The position numbers were made by a program, and so were the translations under genes. The notes beneath the pieces were generated by a model that was not told the DNA's origin, did not search any database, and worked only from the letters and a program-made list of their open reading frames with translations. From Convolutriloba macropyga (lineage: Eukaryota), in contig NC_134471.1 in assembly GCF_964194025.1 (NCBI RefSeq), positions 81,406,001-81,470,000 on the forward strand: DNA of 64,000 bases, given 5' to 3'. Positions 37,829 to 49,161 of the stretch are shown piece by piece (the stretch's first letter is position 1; every line of letters begins with the position of its first letter).

Positions 37829-38702
37829 ATGTCGAGCGAGATCCGAGATCTGATATTTCACGTCCTTTACGCTTTTAAGTTAATAATTGGCACTTTGGTT
37901 TTCATTGCCAATTTTTTTATTTTTACAATTTTTGCTACCAAAAAGGAGAAATTTCCCTCCGATTTTTTAATTTTACCAAATTTGATGATCGACGCATTGC
38001 ACGGTTTAGCCATGTGCATACCGTTTTATCTGATAAATTCTAACTTTATGTTGAAAGGACAACTTTGTTTCCAAACATTCATCTTCTTTTCTTTGGTAAT
38101 GCTGATTTTGATGACATTAAACAGATATGTGGCTGCTATAAGGCCCATGAAATACAAGTTATGGTTTAACAAGGGCAGAATTTTATTCAGTTTTTTGGCG
38201 ATTACCTTGATTACTGTGGCTTTATTCTCGGCAGTCGCGTATGCTCTATTTGTTGCAAAAGTTGTCGACAAGTCAATCGAGCATTATTGCGAAACTTATT
38301 ACGAGAAGATTTGTGTTCCGACAGGTTGGAAGCTGAGGTCATGGGAACTTTATTGTAATTATGAATATAAAATACGCCAGAATTGTTATGCCAGGGAAAA
38401 ATCTACTAAACGAGCCTTTTTATACGTCAATTACTTTGTTTTTTACCTGTGGCCTCAATTTCAGCTCCTTCTTGTAATCTGCAACACAATTTTCATGTGT
38501 TTTGTCTACAAAAGAATCTCTGGCCAATTCGAAATAAGAAGATCAAAAACTCACTTTCGTAAGTTTTTCATGACAGTTATGAAAGTTTTCCGAAATGATG
38601 ACGTTGCAAAAAGGAAAACAACTAAGCCAAGCAAAGATGCATTAAAGCTGTTTCAAGAAACGACCATCTCAGACAATGGGCAAACAACTTCAGAACATAC
38701 AG
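37829..38702 (+). CDS. Class A GPCR 5' exon B (TM1-TM5), near-identical paralog of exon A
   Basis: Four amino-acid differences from exon A; same phase-1 donor ACAG|gtactt at 38702. Confidence 0.8.
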
Positions 38703-41591
38703 GTACTTTACAAATTAAAATTGAACAAGGCAGCAATCTTATCGCTGACAGATAAAATATTGCAAGCATTATGACACCTTGTCTTGAAACAAACTAATGA
38801 TTTTGATAGTCTTGAAAATTTTTTCAAGAATCAAAATTATTAATATTATGAAAATTTGGAATAATAAAATCCAAAGGCTTTAACTGAAGATTCTAACTAA
38901 TTATTTCAGGATGACGAAAACAAAATGGTTACATGTAAATTGAGGGCCAATGACCAGAAAATATTACTCAAGCCCAGCCGTCAAACTTTTTTGATTTCAA
39001 CAGCAACAAATATTTGTTGAATCGCTTCTTTGTGAACGGACCCCACTTAGAGAAATCAATTGTTTACTGCTACCTTAAATCTTTACAGGCTAGAGCCTGA
39101 ATGGGTGATAAGGCAGCAAGGCACAACGAGGGCAAACGCGGGGAGCGGATATAAAAATTACTTAATTTGTCATTTGCATCTTAACTTACACCTACATAAA
39201 TTATCAGTGGCTTTGTGTGTGTGTGTGCGTGTGTGTGTGTGTGTGTGTGTGAGTGTGTGTGTGTGTGTGCTGGTGGGGGGGTTCAAAAATACAAGAATTG
39301 TAAAACATAAAACGAATAATGTCGGAAAAATTGCTCTCGAACGACAGGCGGGTAGAAAAAATTGCCCACGCCTGGATTCGAACCATAGACCGCCCAATCT
39401 ATCACCAGATGCAATGCCCACTGCTCTAGCAGGCCCTTAATGTAGATATGCTATAACGATGTTATATTTGCAACAAGCATTACTTCAGAGTGAGAGCAAA
39501 AGAGATCAATCAAAAATAAAGAGCGAAAGCGAGAAAAAATCACTTGAGAAGTCCAAGAATGTTCTAGAAGAAAAGCGCAAAATGCTCAAGAGAATAATTT
39601 GCCTAAAAGGCAACACGTTTACAATAATTGCTATGAATTTCGTTCAAGAGCAATTAATCACATCATGAACTTATGCCTTACTTAATCATAACCGGATTAA
39701 CTCCAGAAAGATTCTTTTACAAATTTTGTAACAAATGAATCTTGCCCAAAACATTAAACATTAATCGTTAATAACTGCGGTTAGTAATTAGTTTATTTCA
39801 GTAACTGCGCCACTGCCAGTCCCAAGCCTGTAATGATAAAGGAGCGAATATAATGATAAAGGAAAGAACAGCAAATAGCATGCTGGAAAATCTAACAAAC
39901 GGTTTTTAATTCGACTTAATTAGATTTTCCGACAGTTGGTTAACTAATTCAGCTCAACCAATTGCCGATAAAAAATATCATCTAAGAATTCAAAACATTG
40001 CAAGACACTTGCAAGTTGATTCAAATTCTTACAAGATTCTTGCAAAAATGATTCAAATCTTGGAAGAATGTTGCATACAGAATGGAAGTAGTATTTATGC
40101 CCTTTCAAGGTTATTTGCAAGATTTTTGCAAGATATGAATTTTAAGATCAATAGGGTGCTCAGCAGTTTCGGCAACACTTTCGGTGCTCACACGGACTAG
40201 TGAGGCTTTTACAAAACCGCGGAGCGACTTAATGCCCTCGGGCATTACCAATTTATGATTTATCCCGTTTCTCATGAGACAACGAAAGACGTATGATTGG
40301 CTATATTGCGGGACTATGTGTTTTTTTCTCTCACAATTGAATACTGACTTTTGGAGTTTTGGGTCCTTGCTACCTATTAATGAGTCAAAGTGAAAGAATC
40401 ACAGAAAAGTCTTGTTTACAGAACAAAAAGTCGATTAAAACATTATAAATCATAAGCTGGAACGCTCTGGATACTTTTTTATGACCCTTTTAGTGCTTAA
40501 CAAGTGACTCACACTTGTTGTAAACAGAATGATCCATTTAAACGATCATTGATCTATTTTTCCGGAAATGAGATTTTCAAACTTGTTTTTGAAGGCAGAA
40601 ATGATATGGAAGTTTCTGTTTTGAACAGAGAGCTCCCTTCGACGGTCTGAACTGATAAGAGAAAATGATCTTTGAGTTGATAGGAAAGAATTTTATTTTT
40701 TTCTTGAACATTTTTCGACGTCTATCTTGCAAGATCTAGCAAGGTTCTTGCACGATAGGCGTCCGGATGGTTAATTTTGCAAGATAAGGGTCATTTGCAA
40801 TAATCTTGCAAGATAAGCGTCGGAGTTTGACTAGGGCAGAACGAAAAATCACAGTTGATCAAAAACTGTAAGAGAAGCAGGGCAGGAGGCGTAATATAAT
40901 TGCTGCACAGTTCGTTTGAGACTAATTAACAGACAAGTCTGGGCTACCAATCAAAAAACCACCAGAAAAATGTGAAATAATTGAGATCTTTAATGGAGCA
41001 ATTATTCACTCTTACATATTGAAACAAAGAGATTTTCAGTGGGAGCTTTTTTTTTGGGGGGGGGGGGTGATAGATCTTTAAACTTAGAAATATGTACCTG
41101 CGCATATTCTTGATGTATTTGCGGAAAACGTTGAAACTGCTAACGACATTCTGTTAGTCAAATCAACTTAGAATTTGGTTCAAATTTTGTCCTCATAAAC
41201 ATCTGCATAAAACTAACGCAGTAGACATTTCTCTACCCTGGAATAAAATTCCCCATTCCAATTAAAATTATTTCCATATTTATACGGTCGGAGATAGTGC
41301 GTGTGGAAGACAGGAAGCACTACATGCTTACATGTAGTAGACCTCTTTTTTTCATTGCAAAATTAAATCATTAAATGTGGCGTGTAAGACATCGGAAGCT
41401 TTAGGCAATCTTTTTTTTATCGACTGATGCATATTACTGTCTCACTTTTGCTGTCAATTTTTTCGCGCTGCTATCGAAAATCAAATAATACACACGCACA
41501 CAAAATATTCGTTTATTTACAAATTAACGAAATAACTGATTGGTTTTCCTGGCACGTGATATTTTGTTAAACTCAACTTGAACTCTCCAAA

Positions 41592-42492
41592 ATGGCTGAA
41601 TTTGAATACCTAGTATTTGACATTCTTTATCTATTTAGGCTAATAATTGGAATGTTGGTTTTTGCGTTTAACTTTATTATTTTTTCAATTTTTGCGATGA
41701 AAAAGAAAAAATCGCCCTCCGACTGTTTAGTTTTGCCCAACCTAATGATAGAAGGATTGCATGGTTTGGGTTTGTGCGTTCCTTTCTATTTCCTAGACCC
41801 CGATTGGTTCATGAAGGTTCAATTTTGTTTGCAAATTTTGATTTTCTTTTCGTTGGTTATGTTGGTTCTTATGGCGTTTAATAGGTATGTCGCTGCAGTT
41901 AGGCCTCTAAAGTATAAAATGTGGTTTAAGAAGCGGTTTATTTTCCTCGGGTTTTTGGGAATCACTTTGGTTACTGTTGCTTTGTTCATAGCATCGTCTT
42001 ATGTTTTGTTCATAGCAAAAGTAGTCGAAAAGTCGGTTGAGCACTTTTGTGAAACATATTACACGGAGAGAAGTTACTACGATTACAAAACAGAATTTGA
42101 CCCTCGGAATTATGTGTGGGATATTCATTTTGATTTTAAGCCAAAATATGTCAGGAAACTTAAGACTTTCAGGGAAAGTCATGAAAGATGTCACGAAAAT
42201 ATAACATTTCATGATAAAGCACTACTTAGTGTCGATTATTTTGTTCTCTATTTATGGCCCCAATTTCAACTTGTTTTAGTTATCGTCAATACAGTTTTTA
42301 TATATTTTATCTACACAAAATTATACAATAAATTTAATCCAGGAAGAAAATTTGGATTATGTAAATCTTTGTATAAAACAGTCCGAGATCTTTTCAGGGA
42401 AGAAGTTAGCCTTGAATCAAAAATATCCAAAAACAAATTATCAGTGGAAGCAGTTCAGGAAACAAACTTCATACAGACGTGTTTGCTATCGG
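41592..42492 (+). CDS. Class A GPCR 5' exon C (TM1-TM5), diverged paralog
   Basis: Clearly homologous to A/B (PNLMIEGLHGL, NRYVAAVRPLKYK, YLWPQFQL); phase-1 donor TCG G|gtaggt at 42492. Confidence 0.85.
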
Positions 42493-43919
42493 GTAGGTAG
42501 ATCAATTTTATTAGAGCGGCCATCAAAAATTGCTGCAAAAATGCTGCAAGTGGATTTTGTGAAAATTGCATTTTTTTAAACTGTTGAAATCAGATCTCGT
42601 GCTTCGATTTTTTTTAAAAAAAACTAGTAAATTTAAAATATAACCCAGGGGTTAAATATTACAAGTTTAAAGTGTTATATATAAAATTAGTACAATGTTA
42701 AAAATCAAAATTAGTGGTTCCGTTTTTTAAAGGTAAAAATAACTTGAGTGAAAAGATCTTCAAACTCAATTTTAGGTCACTGATTTTGGCCAACTGTGGA
42801 TCTAAAACGCAAGCCAAAAAGAGTCGGACGGATTGCGCTCGAGCGTCGTGTTGGCTTTGGTTGTATAGCTAGCTAACTTAAGCTTATGAAAGCCAGCATC
42901 ATCGGTTTATAAGGAGGGGTTGTATGCGCGTGTGTAGAGGGTAGTGTGGTGAGAATTCAGATGAATTTTTGGCGTACAGGGGGTTTCAATGCCTATCAAA
43001 AATCAAACTATGCCCTTCAAACCACGATGAACCCTAGTTTCCCAGAAGAACCCAAGATCTTGCAACATTAAAACCCTATCTCGACTCGGGAAGTTCTGCT
43101 TCCCCGGCAGCTCCAGCGATGCATACATTTAGGGCTTAAGCAGAAAATGAGCTACGCAGAGACTTAATTCCCTCGGGTTTTACCAGTTTATAACAGCTCT
43201 TTTGACGTCAAGTCAGATCACTCAAGCGAGCGAAAGACTATTCTAGAACAAAAACAGACAAGGACAAAAATTCCAAAACAAAACACATGATGGCTATCTA
43301 GCTAAGTCTGAATGGATATTCTGAATGGCCTAATCCAATAGGAATGCCAGAATCTTCAAAAAATCATCTTCATTCTAAACCGAAAATTTAAAGTTCGATT
43401 CGAAAATTTCAATTTTTTTTTTTGAAGATTCAATGAACATTATGAAAAACTCGAAACATGATTTAAAGCATATTTGCATTTTAAAAAATGCCTTTCTAGT
43501 TTTTACTGCACACACTAAAGTACTCTTATGTCACTCTGATTCAGTACTGAATTGTCGATTTACTGCTGGAAAATACGGGTTCAGTACTGAAAGTCTATGA
43601 CACTCGGGTCCGGGCGACTACTATAATCTTCAAATTTTTCGAACTCAGAACAGCAATTAATAATAACCAAGTTTAAAAACTTGAAAAGCGGCATCTCAAA
43701 CAAACAATCTTCGCTTTTTTGATGTGGAGATAATAACACGTTTTTAAATAAAACAGCTGAGAGATTTGTAAAATAATTTTTCCTTCCTAACTTATATAAC
43801 CATTTACAGAAAAAAAAAAACGTTTAGCAACTTTTTGGGATAAAAAAACCGAGCTAAACTGGCTAGGGTAAAACTATCCAAACAAATAGTTTAGAAAAGA
43901 ATAGATTGCTGTTTTCTAG

Positions 43920-44545
43920 ATGAAAATCATCCCGATACATCCGACGGCTCATCTTCGATACAAATCACTAATGGACCTGTAAATACGATCAGCCCGTTTA
44001 CTGATAATGACTCAAGCTCAATTCAATCAATGAGTGTAGCCAGTGATTTCTCAAGCGTCTCGTCAATTGGTTCTTCTCAGAACAGTGATCAAAACAAATC
44101 AAAAACGAAGAAAAACAGAAAAACAAACGTTGGAAAAAACGAGAATTTACAACAAACACAAGAGCAGCGCCAGCAAACAAAATACCAAAAAACTATAACA
44201 GTATCGTTCTTCTATGTGGGCTTGGTGTTCATAATTGTTGCCCTGCCGACCTCGCTTTTCAACGCTGCAGCCTTCTGGTATCTCCTAATTATGGACAAAA
44301 CCTCGGAGGTATTCGACATCGGCTTTTGGATCTCACAGACACTCTACGGTCTTGTATTTCTGATCAACCCGTGTCTGTATGCTTCCAGCAATTTGTACGT
44401 CAGAAAGAAGGTACGAAAAGTGATGAAACGATTAAGTAAATGGGTCTGCTGCTGTTGCGGGGTCCAGAAAACAAACTTGCCGGATCTCGTTATCAATTTG
44501 GATACAAACGAAACTAACATAAGCAGCTTAAATACTGAATCGTAA
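43920..44545 (+). CDS. Class A GPCR 3' exon (rest of ICL3, TM6, TM7, helix 8, tail)
   Basis: gttttctag|AT GAA AAT..., phase 1, open to TAA at 44545; TM6 KTITVSFFYVGLVFIIVALP, TM7 INPCLY (NPxxY), basic helix 8, CCCC cluster; exon C plus this exon gives ~508 aa. Confidence 0.85.
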
Positions 44546-44959
44546 ATATCGAAAAATATAACTTGCAGCGCAAAATTTAGCTTGTCACGCTTGCTTAAAA
44601 CAGTTGATTTTTCAGATCATACAAAAAGCTTGAACAAATAGTCTGTCCCATAAAGTTCAAATATCCGAACGTTCGAAAAATGTCAAAACATTCAATTGAG
44701 CAATTATTTGGCCAACTAAACTCAATGCTTTTTCCTGTGGCCACATTTCATTTTTTCCATTTCGCCACATTTCGCTTTTTCCCCATTTTTAATTTAAACT
44801 TTGACCTTTTAACTCGCTCACTAATTTGTACAACATTCACTTTAAACTCATATTATAAACACGTTATATATAAAATACGCAGACAGCATACATTTCTTTC
44901 AGAATTATAAGAACCAAATTCTACCATACACTAATCACAGTTCAACAGCTTCAAAATCT

Positions 44960-45484
44960 TGCACGGATCGAGTCGTCAACGCTAAAAATCACTAAAAATT
45001 GTAAGAAATGTGGTAAATACGCTGAATGACTGTACGAATTGAGGTTTTTAGCACTGAACGCTGTGAAAATTAAATATTCACAGCTAAAAACCGAACATCT
45101 TACGTCAATTCACCGTTAAAAAATACTGTTAATCTTTATGCGGTGCATTTTTGTAAGATTTAAAGTTTTTAGCAGTGAATTTTTTTTTACCGCTACTCGT
45201 GAAATTGCTTTTCACGGCTTAAGCGGTGAAAATAACAATTTTCACAGCTTAAAACATCGATGCTTACAAAATTTTAACGCATATGTTTTCCATAACCTGA
45301 GGTGAATCTGATTTAACTTCAAAAGAAACATCATAAAATTAAATAACAGGTGGAGAAGTGAAAGTGGTCGGAGGTAAGCAGGAGATATTTCACCGTAAAA
45401 AAACAGCGTAAGCTCAACGATGATGTCCATTTGCAGTAAATATTTTTTATTCACAGCAATGCTTATTTTTTTCCTCTACCTGGG
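44960..45484. mobile_element. Diverged relative of the 5776-7196 TIR element
   Basis: Same motif family (ttcaccg, aagcggtgaa, tgtaagat) in both orientations; ends ctacctggg. Confidence 0.4.
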
Positions 45485-48400
45485 TGGCAATTCAAAGATC
45501 TCGTTTTGCACTTTAGAAACTACGGTTGAAATTTTTGGTCTTTTTCATTATAGCTTGCATTTTTCGAAAAAATAGCCACCTCATGGTATATTTACCGTAA
45601 TGGGTTGGAGTGGGGGCAATTAGCCATATAACCACAGCTGATGGGAGGGGGGCAAGATGGCAAAAAATTTTTTTTTCAATATGTGAGCCCACAATTTAAC
45701 ATATAACAATCGAAATATCAAAAATTGTCAATTAGCAGAGTAAACTCCACAACAGCAACAAAATTAGGGAATACTTTCCACTTTCTTATCCGTTGATTTT
45801 GTTACATAAGAAAACTTCTCCGGGATTCGAAGTGTTTATGTTTTACTTGCTAAGCTTTGCTAACCAAAACGTCGCTTGCTCCAAGCAGCAGCATAAGCAT
45901 AGGTTACGTTACTCTGAATACTCAACTTAAAAAAATCTGATATTCGTCAAAAACTACGTAGTGGTTCGGGATACAAATCACATTGCAAAGTGACCTCGGT
46001 CGAGTCACGTAATATTGCTTTAAACACACAATTTGTAGGTTTTAAAATGCCCACAGTTTTTAAATTTGACACTGTATATGGAAAAATCCAGCATTGTAAA
46101 ATGTCGCCATCCAGATCTAAAAAATTGAAAATTGCACTAGTGTTTCAAGTTCTGGTGCACCTGTACCAAACTCCAAGTGTAAATCAGTACTGGGCGATTG
46201 TAAATGCAAAATTCCCATCTATTTTATTTTTCTCGCTTTCCTGCTTGAAATTTGCTTCTTTCAAGCGTATATTAACGGTGCAAAAGACAAAACTCCAACA
46301 GCCATGGTGGCGCACGAAGAAGAACGAAAGTCTAGGTAGAGGTAGATGGTCGGTTCGATACCCGTACTGAACTTTATTTTCGCACTTGTCCCAAGTCTGA
46401 CCATTGTAAAATCACACTGAACGCAAGTCTGACAAGTAAAAAAAAAAGTGACATGAATCAGTCTAGAATACAGTAATGATGAGGAATTGCATTTATAAAA
46501 GCCCAGTACCGATTTGGAGATACGGGTACGCTTCAGCTTTGAACGCATTTTCAAAACAAGATCAGCAACTTTCTTAAGTCGAAACTGTTTTTGACTCAAG
46601 AAAATCTGGCGTTGTACAATCTGGCGCTCAGGATGTCTTGTTTTAAAAGTAGCACAAGAGTGTTTCAAGTTTTAGACAAAAACAGAGAAACTGATAAATT
46701 TTTCTATCTGCTCAGTGCTAAATTTTGCTAATTGGATTATCTGGATACATAGCTGATAGAGGCTTCGCTCAACCTACCAAGCCATTTAAAACTTTGCTTC
46801 AATTTCTACTGCTCGCTTCAACTGTTACCTGTTAGCAGCATTAATTATCTATTTTATATGGCTTTAGATTGCTGTTAACATTTCTGCTCTGGTGCTTTCA
46901 AATAATATTTATTAGTAGTTAGTGTTAGCAGCTATTAATAATATAGTTGAAAGTTTTAGTAGTTAGCAATAATATAGTAGTTTATCTTTTTCAAGTTTCG
47001 ACTTTTCACGTTTCGACTTTTCACGTTTCAAGCATTGATTGTCGGTTAAAGAGAAAACAAAGCTTTCCAAAATGCGTATATTCGTAATAATGTCACAACT
47101 CATAATGCTTAAAACAAAGCTTCAGAAACGACGCTCATTGACAAAAACAACACATACTCAAGCAAAACGCAAATATTTGCGATAAATACTGTCTGAGACT
47201 GACAATGCTTCCTCAATTTTTCTTTCGGGTAGGAACCGATTCAATCCGTTTGTTCAACAAAAAAAATTGAACTTTCCAAAACCTACAAACAGAATAGGTT
47301 TGTGCTTCACCGGTATATATAAAAGCCGGCTCTTTTAATTGCGATTTTCTACAAAAAAAGTTATCAAAATCTCCGTAAAAATTTTCTATTAATTTTGAAG
47401 AATTCTAATAATATTCTTATTAGAGGACTGTGAACTACTTGGATTTATCACACTAATTAGTCCATTATTAGAGTGTCAAAAACGAGTCAATAATGTTGTA
47501 TAAAAAAGCACAAAATTGAGATTGAAAATCAAGACGTGAATAAATGAGAACTTAATAGACAAAGTCGTACAAGGAGTTGGCATTTGCTAGCTTAAACTTA
47601 AGCAGGTTATCTCACAGGGAGAGAGTGCTGTTTTATAGGAAAAATGGTGTGGGTATATCTGAGTGCATACAAGAAAAAAATCAAAAAAGTTGCAGTGCTG
47701 TTACACGATTCAGCTCAGCGGTTTTTGAAGAGAAACACTCAACATGTAAGGAACTAGCTAGAATGATCGACGCAAATAGCTCAACACAATATTTTTTGAA
47801 CTGAAGAATAAAACCTCTCCAAAACCAAACGTTGCCTTGTTAAACTGAAGTACATAAATTCGTGAAAAAGTACAGAAAAATAATCGACCTAAAGTCGCAA
47901 TTTTATCAACACGGCACAGCTTTGAATGACTTGAAGTTATAGTTAGAGAAATACTTGTGCATGTACGGATTGAATAGTGGACAGAGATTAGGCGAATCCG
48001 AGTTCAAACGTAGCTCAAAACTAATCAATCAGGCATCAAAAGTAGTTCTCTAATTGTTTTATACCACCTACCCAACAGGCGAAACCAAATGACTTATCAC
48101 AGTAATATTTTTGGAAACCTCAAAAAAATGCAAAGATGAAGAAAACTGCTCTGCTTTGAAGAGTTTTTCAACCCACGAAGTTCAGCAAAGAAGTAACTTC
48201 AGAAAATGTATCTTTATTAAAGAAAAAAATTAAAAAGGGATCAACTTCTAACCAATTAAAAAGAGTGACAACACGAATACTTCCATCTTAACAAACTTGT
48301 TTAGATTTTCAAAATTTACAAGCATAAGAATCTCATTATGTTTCAAGAACCTCTAGCTCTCGATAAACAGAATTTGGATGCTTGATAAGAAAAGCATCTA

Positions 48401-49034
48401 ATCTGACTCGCACACTAAAGTCCAGCTAGGACGAAAATACAATTGGTCTATTAGTTTTGTTCTTTAACTCTCTGCTACGTCTAAAAATACTACGTGGATG
48501 AAAAGTTTCTTGCTGGCTAAATTTAATGGGGCATCACAATACCACCAATGTTAATTTCCTTTGTAAATCAAATTTTTTACGAACTTTGATTTAAAAATTT
48601 GAATTTTTAACAAAATGTAAGGAAATGTTCAATCGTCATTGAGGTACTGTAAATTAAAATACAACAATCACCTTTCAAAATGTGCTACAAAATCATGCCT
48701 CATTGCTATTATCTTAATCTCACACTAAATTATGTTTACCCAGCTTCAACATTTATGTAGTAGGAAAAAAATGAGTAAGAAAATATTTGAGTAGAAAAAT
48801 GTTTGAAAAAATACAGTTCAACTCTTACAAAACATGTATATTAACATAAGAACTGAAGTAATATTTATACATCCTCGTAGTTTTTACCTTAATCTCCCCG
48901 TAAGTTATATGTACCCCGCTTCAACATTTATGCCTACACATAGAACATAAATCATGCGCATGAAATAGGATGCATAAGAAACCCCCCACTAAGCTTTGGG
49001 GTGGGGGATAAAAGATTCGAAAAGAGTAGCATAC

Positions 49035-49161
49035 CTTAATGGTGAACATAGGGTCGTAGCCTCCCGCGTCTGTAATACCAAAAGCTGACAACTTGTCCTT
49101 GAATTCCAGGAATTTCTTCGTTTCAGCGTTGGCCAGGATGTGTTCATAACCGTCGCTCGTC
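49035..49161 (-). CDS. Uncharacterised secreted protein, exon 4
   Basis: ctttag|G ACG AGC ... ATT AAG|gtatgc, 127 nt, phase 2/0; TSDGYEHILANAETKKFLEFKDKLSAFGITDAGGYDPMFTIK. Confidence 0.75.

Larger units (their letters stand above)
35379..39684 (+). repeat. Tandem duplication, 2153-bp unit x2 (35379-37531, 37532-39684)
   Basis: ORFs and repeats recur at +2153; near-identical except the first ~300 bp. Confidence 0.95.
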
